Positions 43,534 to 51,125 of a stretch of 51,125 nt of DNA are shown here, piece after piece. Under the pieces are notes generated by a model. The model was not told where the DNA came from. It worked only from the letters and a program-made list of their open reading frames with translations, and made no database searches. The stretch comes from an uncultured Gammaproteobacteria bacterium (GTDB lineage: Bacteria; Pseudomonadota; Gammaproteobacteria; Pseudomonadales; UBA7434), in NCBI GenBank assembly GCA_963968645.1, contig CAXAHI010000002.1, forward strand, positions 1 through 51,125. The letters are read 5' to 3'. A program made the translations under genes and the position numbers. Positions within the stretch are counted from its first letter, which is position 1; each line of letters begins with the position of its first letter.

Positions 43534-45429
43534 ATGCAGCGTTATGCGGCCATAAAAGATAGTCATAGCGAGCAGCGATTGTATCGCTCACGTCTTTTTT
43601 TATCGTTGACTATGGTGGTGATCTTTTTTTGCGTATTAGCCTATCGCTATGCCGATTTGCAAATTTTTCAATACGATTCTTTTGTCACTCAGTCCGAGCG
43701 CAACCGCGTTCACGTTCAACCTGTTGCGCCTAAGCGTGGTTTAATTTTTGATACTAACGGCGTCTTACTTGCTGATAACCAGCCAAGCTATAGTTTGGTG
43801 TTAGTGAAAGAGCGGGTCGAAAATTTGGATGGCACGCTAACAGATCTTCAGCAATTATTTGATATCGATGCAAGAAGCGTTGAGAAATTTAAGCAGCGGC
43901 TTAAGCGGCGTGCTCCCTATCAAGCAGTGCCATTAAAGTTTCGTTTAAGTGAAGATGAAATTAGTCGCTTTGCGGTTAACCGTTATCGTTTATCGGGAGT
44001 TGAGGTTAAAGCTCAGCTTGTCAGAAATTATCCTGAGTCTGCCAGCCTTACTCATGTGGTCGGTTATGTTGGCCGAATTAATACTTCCGATCAAGAAGAT
44101 TTAGCGCGCCTTGAAAGTAATAAAACGAATTATGCCGCTACAGACCATATTGGAAAAATTGGTATTGAGCGTTTTTATGAATCGATACTGCATGGTGAAG
44201 CAGGTTCTCAATACGTAGAAACGAATGCGCATGGTCGAGTGTTGCGTGTGCTGCAAGAAGAAAAACCAAACCCCGCCATTCCCGGTGTCGATTTAACATT
44301 ACATATTGATGCCGACATTCAGAAAAAAATATTTCAACTTATGGATGGCAGGCGCGGTTCAGTAGTTGCCTTAAATCCTCGTACTGGTGGTGTCATAGCG
44401 ATGGTGAGTACGCCATCGTATGATGCCAACCCATTTGTCACGGGAATTACTAAAGAAGACTACGCTAAGTTGCGAGAGTCTATTGATTTGCCGTTATTTA
44501 ATCGTTCGCTACAAGGGCAGTATCCACCGGGCTCAACGATTAAGCCGATTATTGGTTTAGCAGGTTTACATTACCGCGTGGTAAATGCCACCAGTTATGT
44601 TGCTGACCCTGGTTGGTATCAATTACCTAATGATGATCGCTTATACCGTGATTGGAAAAAAGGTGGGCATGCCCACTTTATTAATTTACACGATTCGCTA
44701 GCACAGAGTTGTGATGTCTATTTTTATGATTTGGCGTATAAATTAGGCGTCGACCGCATACATGATTTTTCTGCGCAGTTTGGATTAGGCTCTCGAACGG
44801 GCATCGATTCGACCAACGAGCGCAGTGGTTTGTTACCTTCGCGAGAATGGAAAAAACAAAATAAAAACCAGCCGTGGTTTCCTGGTGAAACATTGAATAT
44901 TGGTATTGGTCAGGGCTATATGTTGGCTACGCCGTTACAGTTGGCAGTAGCAACGGCAACCATTGCAAATCGTGGCGAGCGTCCTATACCGCAATTAGTT
45001 AAACAGATGCCCGAAGAGACAGTCGTCCACGAAAATACTTTTACAGTTGCCGATAGTTACTGGGATCAAATTATCGATGGTATGGAAGCTGTCGTACATG
45101 ATCGTATTAATGGGACGGCCAGAAGTATAGGTCGCGGCATTAATTATCGAATAGCGGGTAAAAGTGGTACTGCGCAGGTGGTAGGTATTGCCCAAGGTGA
45201 AGAGTACGACGAAGATGCGATTACTGAACGACAGCGTGATCACGCTTTATTTGTTGGCTTTGCGCCTATTGATAATCCGCAGGTGGCTGTAGCCGTGATT
45301 ATTGAAAATGCAGGTGGTGGTAGTACGCATGCTGCGCCCGTTGCGCGTAAAGTATTTGATTGGGTATTAGAGGCGAATGCTCGCAAGCAAGCAGCAAGTA
45401 GTAAGCGAGTGACAAATAATGAGTTGTAG
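43534..45429 (+). CDS. mrdA: Penicillin-binding protein 2 (elongasome transpeptidase)
   Basis: 631 aa with an N-terminal TM, SxxK (GSTIKP) and KSGT (GKSGTAQ). Followed by rodA. Confidence 0.9.
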   Translation: MQRYAAIKDSHSEQRLYRSRLFLSLTMVVIFFCVLAYRYADLQIFQYDSFVTQSERNRVHVQPVAPKRGLIFDTNGVLLADNQPSYSLVLVKERVENLDGTLTDLQQLFDIDARSVEKFKQRLKRRAPYQAVPLKFRLSEDEISRFAVNRYRLSGVEVKAQLVRNYPESASLTHVVGYVGRINTSDQEDLARLESNKTNYAATDHIGKIGIERFYESILHGEAGSQYVETNAHGRVLRVLQEEKPNPAIPGVDLTLHIDADIQKKIFQLMDGRRGSVVALNPRTGGVIAMVSTPSYDANPFVTGITKEDYAKLRESIDLPLFNRSLQGQYPPGSTIKPIIGLAGLHYRVVNATSYVADPGWYQLPNDDRLYRDWKKGGHAHFINLHDSLAQSCDVYFYDLAYKLGVDRIHDFSAQFGLGSRTGIDSTNERSGLLPSREWKKQNKNQPWFPGETLNIGIGQGYMLATPLQLAVATATIANRGERPIPQLVKQMPEETVVHENTFTVADSYWDQIIDGMEAVVHDRINGTARSIGRGINYRIAGKSGTAQVVGIAQGEEYDEDAITERQRDHALFVGFAPIDNPQVAVAVIIENAGGGSTHAAPVARKVFDWVLEANARKQAASSKRVTNNEL

Positions 45430-45432
45430 ACT

Positions 45433-46578
45433 ATGAGAGGACAGTCAGATTTTGTTCGAAGCCTGCCAGGCGACCCAAGTGCGCTATCTATTCAGGCGGG
45501 GCATTTTCGTCGCTGGCATATTGATTTGCCGTTGCTAGTATTGCTGGTTGCTGTCGCTTTTTTTGGCTTGGTGGTTCTTTATAGTGCTAGTGGTAAAGAC
45601 ATAGGCCGCGTATTAAGGCAGTTAGTTTATTTAGGTATTTCTTTTATGGGTTTATTTATAGTTGCGCAAATAAAAGTGAAAACCTTAAAAGCATTAGCGC
45701 CATTAGGTTATGTATTAGGGATATTTTTATTACTCATGGTGGCTTGGGTAGGCGAGGGCTCTAAAGGTGCGCAACGATGGCTGAATGTATTTGGCCTTAT
45801 CCGTTTCCAGCCTTCCGAATTAATGAAAATTGCTGTTCCATTAACGGTTGCTTGGTATTTATCAGATAAAATTCTACCCCCTAAAGTACAAACACTATTA
45901 ATTGGTTTGGTGATTGCTGTTTTGCCATCACTCTTTATTGTCATGCAGCCAGATTTAGGGACCTCCATTTTAATTGCTGCCTCGGGGTTATTTGTTTTGT
46001 GGCTGGGCGGTATTCGTTGGAGCTTTCTAATAGGTGGCGGTTTATTAGCGGTAGTTTCTGCATGGCCAGTATGGCAGTTTTTATTACATGGCTACCAACG
46101 CCAGCGGATTATGACTTTATTTAATCCTGAGGATGATCGCTTAGGCGCAGGTTGGAATATTATTCAATCAAAAACTGCGATTGGTTCTGGCGGCTGGGAT
46201 GGCAAAGGATGGCTGAATGGCACGCAGTCGCATTTAGATTTTTTACCTGAAAGTCATACCGATTTTATTATTGCAGTATTGGCCGAAGAATTTGGCTTTA
46301 TGGGTGTCGTATTATTATTGTTTTTATACCTACTCATTATTATTCGTGGCGCACAAATTAGTCTTGCCGCTAAAAATATATTTGGCAGCTTAGCTGCCGG
46401 TAGCATAACCCTTACTTTTTTTGTTTATGTATTGGTTAATATGGGCATGGTTTCCGGTATGCTACCGGTTGTTGGTGTACCTTTACCGCTAATCAGTTAT
46501 GGCGGTACGGCAATGGTAACTATGTTTGCTAGCTTTGGTGTGTTGATGGCAATTAGCACTGAAGATACTCAGCGTTAG
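45433..46578 (+). CDS. rodA: Peptidoglycan glycosyltransferase RodA (SEDS family)
   Basis: 381 aa, about 10 TMs. FtsW/RodA blocks QPSELMK, MQPDLGT, PESHTDFI and PLPLISYGGT. Confidence 0.9.
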   Translation: MRGQSDFVRSLPGDPSALSIQAGHFRRWHIDLPLLVLLVAVAFFGLVVLYSASGKDIGRVLRQLVYLGISFMGLFIVAQIKVKTLKALAPLGYVLGIFLLLMVAWVGEGSKGAQRWLNVFGLIRFQPSELMKIAVPLTVAWYLSDKILPPKVQTLLIGLVIAVLPSLFIVMQPDLGTSILIAASGLFVLWLGGIRWSFLIGGGLLAVVSAWPVWQFLLHGYQRQRIMTLFNPEDDRLGAGWNIIQSKTAIGSGGWDGKGWLNGTQSHLDFLPESHTDFIIAVLAEEFGFMGVVLLLFLYLLIIIRGAQISLAAKNIFGSLAAGSITLTFFVYVLVNMGMVSGMLPVVGVPLPLISYGGTAMVTMFASFGVLMAISTEDTQR

Positions 46579-46650
46579 TACATTAATAGCGTTCTAAAAA
46601 AACGGATTCCGATGTTAATCGATAGTTTAATTGATATTTTAAACAGATAA

Positions 46651-47676
46651 ATGAGTGAGAGAGTATTTATGAAAATGGTAGAAAAATGCTTTAATTTTTG
46701 CCTGCCCCAGCTGGTTCTTCTTGGTGCGTTAAGTCTGTCGTCATTAGCGTCTGCCGATTATAGCGAACACCCTTCTGCGCAGGCATTAATTGATACTCTG
46801 GTTAGCGAGCATGATTTTACCGTTGAGCAAGTTAAAGCCGTGTTAGTAGAAGCGGATACTCAGCAACGTATTCTCGATAGTATGACAAATGCGGCAGAAA
46901 AAACGAAAACGTGGGCAGCCTACCGTCGCAGCTTTTTAAGCCCTATACGTATTACTCAAGGGGTTAAGTTTTTAGCTAAACATGAGCAGATTTTTGATCA
47001 AGTTGAACAGCAATACGGTGTGCCGCGTGAAATTATCACCGCTATTTTAGGTGTTGAAACCAATTACGGTGGCTATACCGGTAAAGCGAGTGTCTTAGAT
47101 GCATTAGCAACATTGGCTTTTGAGCATCCTCGCCGCAGCCGGTTCTTCACTTCTGAATTAGCTGAGTTTATTGTTTTATGTCGTGAGCAGCAGTGGTCGC
47201 CAGAGCAGCAGTTGGGTTCTTACGCAGGCGCAATGGGTATGAGTCAGTTTATGCCAAGTAATTATCGTCGTTTGGCTATTGATGGTAATGGTGATGGCCA
47301 AGTCGATCTCTTTGAGCCGGTTGATGCCATTCACAGCATTGCGAATTACTTTGTACATCATGGCTGGGAGCTAGAAGGGCGTGTGACAAGCCGAGCGGCA
47401 GTGAGTGCCGAATTTGATACTAGCGTTATTGGTAAAGGCCTTAAGCCTAATCATAGCGTTGAAGCTTTGGGTTTGGCGGGTTATCACCCACAAGATCAAG
47501 TGCCTGCAGAAATTAAAGCGCGCATCATTCGATTTAATGATGCCGATGGTGATGAGTTTTGGTTGGGATACCAGAATTTTTATGTCATTAGTCGTTACAA
47601 TCCCCGTTCAAAATATGCCATGGCGGTTTATCAATTAAGCCTGTCGATTCTTTCGGCAGCCAGTGATGCGGGCTAG
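46651..47676 (+). CDS. mltB: Lytic murein transglycosylase B (soluble SltB1-type)
   Basis: Blocks GVETNYGGYTG and GAMGMSQFMPSNY. Signal peptide without a lipobox. The start may instead be ATG 46669. Confidence 0.85.
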   Translation: MSERVFMKMVEKCFNFCLPQLVLLGALSLSSLASADYSEHPSAQALIDTLVSEHDFTVEQVKAVLVEADTQQRILDSMTNAAEKTKTWAAYRRSFLSPIRITQGVKFLAKHEQIFDQVEQQYGVPREIITAILGVETNYGGYTGKASVLDALATLAFEHPRRSRFFTSELAEFIVLCREQQWSPEQQLGSYAGAMGMSQFMPSNYRRLAIDGNGDGQVDLFEPVDAIHSIANYFVHHGWELEGRVTSRAAVSAEFDTSVIGKGLKPNHSVEALGLAGYHPQDQVPAEIKARIIRFNDADGDEFWLGYQNFYVISRYNPRSKYAMAVYQLSLSILSAASDAG

Positions 47677-47795
47677 CGCTTCGTATTGATAATAAGTCTG
47701 CAAGTTAGATACAGTGTTGTGGGCATAGATATAAAAAGGCAGTCAGCCGGTATCGGGCAAATGGTTTCGGGTAAAAATAAGGTGTTTTCATTCGT

Positions 47796-48710
47796 ATGAT
47801 TAAAAAAATTGAGATCCTGATTTCTCGCTTAGTAATATTACTGTTTGTAGTATCACTGTCAGGCTGTGGGTTTTTTGGCGGTTTAAGTAAGCCGGGTGGC
47901 AGCACAGATAGCGCCCCGAACGTTACTCTCGATAATCGTAAAATTATAAATGCTACCCCAAAAGTAGAAGCGCGAAGCCGCGGGGGTAATTTCACGCCTT
48001 ATACGGTGTTGGGTAAAACCTATCGAGTAATGAAAACGGCCAAAGGTTATAAAGAGCGTGGCGGTGCATCTTGGTATGGCACTAAATTTCATGGCAGGCT
48101 GACCTCCAATGGTGAGCGCTACAATATGTACGAGATGACAGCGGCACATAAAAGCTTACCGATTCCTACCTATGTCACCGTCAAGAATTTAGATAATGGG
48201 CGTGAAATCATCGTCCGAGTCAATGATCGTGGGCCTTTTCATGAAGGGCGCATTATTGATTTATCCTATGCGGCAGCGAGTAAAATCGGCATGCTAAAGA
48301 AGGGTACGGCTAGGGTAGAAGTTAAGGCTATAGACCCGCGAGAGTGGAAAAAATCTAAGCGGGCACGTAAAAAGGCCAAAATAGCTGCGGCTAAAGCATC
48401 AGCTGCGGCATTAGTCGCACCAGTGGCAGCCACGCTCGATACCAGTGCAAACGCCAATACGGCTGTTATAAAGCGCGAATACTTACAGGTCGCTGCGTTT
48501 AAAAATCTTGAGGCCGCACAAAAATTGCAGAATCAACTATTGGATACGCTGCAAGCGCTTAGTGAGGCTGCGAACGTAGTGATTCACCCCTCCGATCAAG
48601 ATGTTTATCGTGTACGTATTGGCCCTTTTGCTTCGACTGCAGAAAGTTTATTAATAAAAAATGCAGCAGGCTTGGAATCCTTTGGTAAGATGCACTCAGT
48701 TTATGAATAG
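47796..48710 (+). CDS. rlpA: Septal ring lytic transglycosylase RlpA (DPBB + SPOR domains), lipoprotein
   Basis: Lipobox LSGCGF, DPBB block GGASWYGTKFHGRLTSNGERYNMYEMTAAHKSLP, and a C-terminal SPOR-like YLQVAAFKNLEAAQKL. Confidence 0.85.
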   Translation: MIKKIEILISRLVILLFVVSLSGCGFFGGLSKPGGSTDSAPNVTLDNRKIINATPKVEARSRGGNFTPYTVLGKTYRVMKTAKGYKERGGASWYGTKFHGRLTSNGERYNMYEMTAAHKSLPIPTYVTVKNLDNGREIIVRVNDRGPFHEGRIIDLSYAAASKIGMLKKGTARVEVKAIDPREWKKSKRARKKAKIAAAKASAAALVAPVAATLDTSANANTAVIKREYLQVAAFKNLEAAQKLQNQLLDTLQALSEAANVVIHPSDQDVYRVRIGPFASTAESLLIKNAAGLESFGKMHSVYE

Positions 48711-48720
48711 AGGAAAATAA

Positions 48721-49896
48721 GTGATCAAAGTAATTAACCAATGGGCCAAATTTGCAGCATTGTCAGTCGTTGTCAGCAGTAGTTATGCCTTAGCGCAAGG
48801 TACGGCGACGTTAATGCCTTCGCCGCCGCAGTTAGCCGCCAGCAGCTACATACTTATTGATGTCGATAGCGGCAAGATTATTGTCGAGTCAAATGCTGAT
48901 GAGCGCTTGCCGCCTGCCAGTTTAACTAAGATGATGACCAGTTATATTGTTTCTTCTGAGTTGGTTAAAGGTAATATCAGTTCGGATGATGCCGTGCCTA
49001 TAAGTGTTAAAGCTTGGCGCATGGGTGGATCCAAGATGTTTATCCGCGAAGGCACTACGGTACCGGTTAAGGATTTATTAAAAGGGGTTATTATTCAATC
49101 GGGTAATGATGCCAGCGTCGCATTAGCTGAGTTTGTTGCCGGTGATGAAGGCGCATTTGCCGAAGTCATGAACCAGCAAGCCAGCTTATTAGGCATGCAG
49201 AAAACTAATTTTGTTAACGCTACCGGATGGCCAGCTAAAGGGCATTTGACCACAGCTAGAGATTTATCAGTATTAGCGACGTCTCTTATCCGCCATTTCC
49301 CAGATCACTATACGCTGTACTCACAAAAAGAATTTACCTTTAACGGTATTACTCAGCCGAATCGTAATGGTCTGTTATGGCGTGATGCCAGTGTCGATGG
49401 ATTAAAAACGGGCCATACGGATGAAGCAGGCTACTGCCTAGTGGCATCGGCTAAACGTGATGATATGCGTTTAGTGTCTGTGGTTATGGGTGCAAAAAGT
49501 GGCCGTGGGCGAGAGCAAGAAACGCAAAAGTTATTATCTTACGGGTTTCGCTATTACGAAACACACCAGCTTTATAATGCCGAGCAAGTCATTAACTCTC
49601 CGCGCCTTTGGGCGGGTGCTAGCCCTTCGTTAGATCTTGTTTTAGCCGATCCCATTGTACTAACGATTCCTCGTGGTCAGCGCGATAACTTACAAGTGAC
49701 TATAGAAGTCGATAATAATATTGTTGCACCGATCTTAGCTGGACAATCATATGGCCTGCTTAATATTAGTCTTAATGGTGAAGTGTTAGAGCAGCGTGAG
49801 TTGCTGGCGGCTAATAATATTGATTCGGCTGCATTGTTTTCTCGTTTGTGGGATCACTTTATATTGTTTGTTAGAGGCGTTTTTGGTCTTGATTAA
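48721..49896 (+). CDS. dacC: D-alanyl-D-alanine carboxypeptidase (PBP5/6 class)
   Basis: 391 aa with a signal peptide, SxxK (SLTKMMT), SxN (SGND) and KTG (KTGHT). Confidence 0.88.
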   Translation: MIKVINQWAKFAALSVVVSSSYALAQGTATLMPSPPQLAASSYILIDVDSGKIIVESNADERLPPASLTKMMTSYIVSSELVKGNISSDDAVPISVKAWRMGGSKMFIREGTTVPVKDLLKGVIIQSGNDASVALAEFVAGDEGAFAEVMNQQASLLGMQKTNFVNATGWPAKGHLTTARDLSVLATSLIRHFPDHYTLYSQKEFTFNGITQPNRNGLLWRDASVDGLKTGHTDEAGYCLVASAKRDDMRLVSVVMGAKSGRGREQETQKLLSYGFRYYETHQLYNAEQVINSPRLWAGASPSLDLVLADPIVLTIPRGQRDNLQVTIEVDNNIVAPILAGQSYGLLNISLNGEVLEQRELLAANNIDSAALFSRLWDHFILFVRGVFGLD

Positions 49897-49931
49897 AATA
49901 ACACAAGGGCCTTATATGATGAGTGCTGATA

Positions 49932-50231
49932 ATGAGTGAGATTATAGGTAACCAGACGCTTCCAGAAGGGCAGGAAGAGCCTAAGATTGAGTTTCCTTGT
50001 GATTATCCCATCAAAATATTAGGTGAGGCAGATGAGTCGTTTAATGCGCTTGTTGCCAGTATTGTTCTTAAGCATGCACCTGATTTTGACGTAACGACAC
50101 TCACTAGTCGTGATAGTAGCAAGGGCAAGTTTCGCTCAGTAGGCGTCATTATTCGCGCTACGGGTGAGCCGCAGATTATGGCCTTGTTTCACGAATTAAA
50201 AGCCACTGGCCGCGTTAAGATGGTTATCTAA
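49932..50231 (+). CDS. ybeD: YbeD-family (DUF493) protein
   Basis: The FPCDYPIKILG block and its position between dac and lipB support the call. I prefer ATG 49932 over the GTG 49923 of the track, but the start is uncertain. Confidence 0.8.
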   Translation: MSEIIGNQTLPEGQEEPKIEFPCDYPIKILGEADESFNALVASIVLKHAPDFDVTTLTSRDSSKGKFRSVGVIIRATGEPQIMALFHELKATGRVKMVI

Positions 50232-50941
50232 TGTCAGTTGATTCTCAATTACAGGTGCGTGATTTTTTAAATCATGGCACCAACTCTATAAAAGCTTCAC
50301 CTTCTTCGGCTACACCTCAGTTGCTTGACTATGATCCTGTCTGGCAAGCCATGAAAGAATTTACACGCACACGTACTGCTGAAACGCCAGATGAGTTATG
50401 GCTGCTTGAGCACGCTCCTGTGTTTACTTTAGGTAAAGCTGCCGATGAGTCGCATGTGATTGATGCCGGTGATATACCGATGGTGAGAGTCGATAGAGGC
50501 GGGCAGGTGACGTATCATGGTCCTGGTCAAATTATGGCGTATACGTTAATTAATTTAAATCGCCGTAGTTTAGGTGTTAGAGCGCTGGTTGAGTGTTTAG
50601 AGAAAACGGTAATTGATGTGCTTGCGGGTTATGGCGTGGAAGCTTATGGCGATAGAAAGGCGCCGGGTGTGTATGTTGAGAAGAAAAAAATCGCGGCCTT
50701 GGGTTTACGGGTGAGTCGTGGTTGTTCTTATCATGGGCTGTGTTTTAATTTTGATTTTGATACTGCGCCATTCGCGGGGATTAATCCTTGTGGTTTTCCT
50801 GATCTTGAGGTGACGCAGTTGCAGCAGCAGGTTGATGTGTTACCGGATAAGAAGGCGTTGGCTAAGCAGTTGGTGGCGGCGCTTTGTGTGCAGTTGGCTT
50901 ATGATGATGTTAAGTATGATTATTCGATTTGGGGAGCTTAA
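50231..50941 (+). CDS. lipB: Octanoyltransferase LipB
   Basis: 236 aa with blocks LLEHAPVFTLGKA, RGGQVTYHGPGQ and KIAALGLRV. The ATG overlaps the ybeD stop. Confidence 0.9.
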   Translation: MSVDSQLQVRDFLNHGTNSIKASPSSATPQLLDYDPVWQAMKEFTRTRTAETPDELWLLEHAPVFTLGKAADESHVIDAGDIPMVRVDRGGQVTYHGPGQIMAYTLINLNRRSLGVRALVECLEKTVIDVLAGYGVEAYGDRKAPGVYVEKKKIAALGLRVSRGCSYHGLCFNFDFDTAPFAGINPCGFPDLEVTQLQQQVDVLPDKKALAKQLVAALCVQLAYDDVKYDYSIWGA

Positions 50942-50962
50942 CTTTAGTTTGTGTTTTTTTTA

Positions 50963-51005
50963 GAGTTTTCAGTTTAAGGTTGTCGGGAGTGGCCCGACAT
51001 GCCAG
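50963..51005 (+). repeat. REP-like hairpin repeat, copy 1
   Basis: gagttttcagtttaaggttgtcgggagtggcccgacatgccag. Contains the GC-rich hairpin gtcggg-agtgg-cccgac. 38 of 43 positions match copy 2. Confidence 0.7.
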
Positions 51006-51070
51006 AAACCAGAGTCTTGTGCATAAATTTAACGATAATGGGATGTTCTGAAGTTTTACTTTTTTTGTTT

Positions 51071-51113
51071 GAGTTTTCAGTTCAAGACCGTCGGGGGTGG
51101 CCCGACATGCCAG
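51071..51113 (+). repeat. REP-like hairpin repeat, copy 2
   Basis: gagttttcagttcaagaccgtcgggggtggcccgacatgccag, 108 nt downstream of copy 1 in the same orientation. Both copies are preceded by a T-run. Confidence 0.7.
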
Positions 51114-51125
51114 TCACTTTTCTTT

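Noticed and set aside
50963-51113. Possibility that the terminal repeats are the start of a CRISPR array.
   Set aside because: Only two copies are present, they are imperfect (5 mismatches in 43) and the period is 108 nt. No cas genes are nearby. A REP/MITE-like element fits better.

Overview
51.1-kb window from a moderately AT-rich gammaproteobacterial chromosome. The right-flank gene order proA-nadD-rsfS-rlmH-mrdA-rodA-mltB-rlpA-dacC-ybeD-lipB is the Pseudomonas/Oceanospirillales-type arrangement. Almost everything is on the + strand. The left flank (1-6.5 kb) holds mpl, ubiX, an MMPL/RND-type exporter, a YkgJ-type Cys-cluster protein, a LON-N-domain protein and a DEDDh exonuclease. The centre (6.9-39.9 kb) is one uninterrupted same-strand exopolysaccharide (EPS) locus of about 33 kb, of the PEP-CTERM/exosortase (XrtA/EpsH) type. 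It encodes a Wza-like export protein, an outer-membrane barrel, a chain-length determinant, a BY-kinase-like ATPase and an ExeA-like ATPase. It also encodes UDP-sugar enzymes (ugd, UDP-GlcA 4-epimerase, wecC, wecB), three GT4 glycosyltransferases, a Wzx flippase, a pyruvyl transferase and a bi-domain oxidoreductase + heparinase II/III-like + GT4 triad. An exosortase-EpsI fusion, a WecA-like initiating transferase and a PrsT-like TPR lipoprotein complete it. The least explained part is a tightly coupled five-gene cassette inside this locus (16.4-22.5 kb). It comprises a genuine uridine kinase, an orphan Pol-beta-fold nucleotidyltransferase, a 12-TM membrane protein, a cytoplasmic alkaline-phosphatase-fold enzyme and a secreted 609-aa DUF4091/GH123-like protein. 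I propose it as a candidate undescribed EPS decoration/processing module. No rRNA, tRNA, CRISPR array, transposase or integrase was seen. All functional calls rest on motif recognition by eye; no searches were run.
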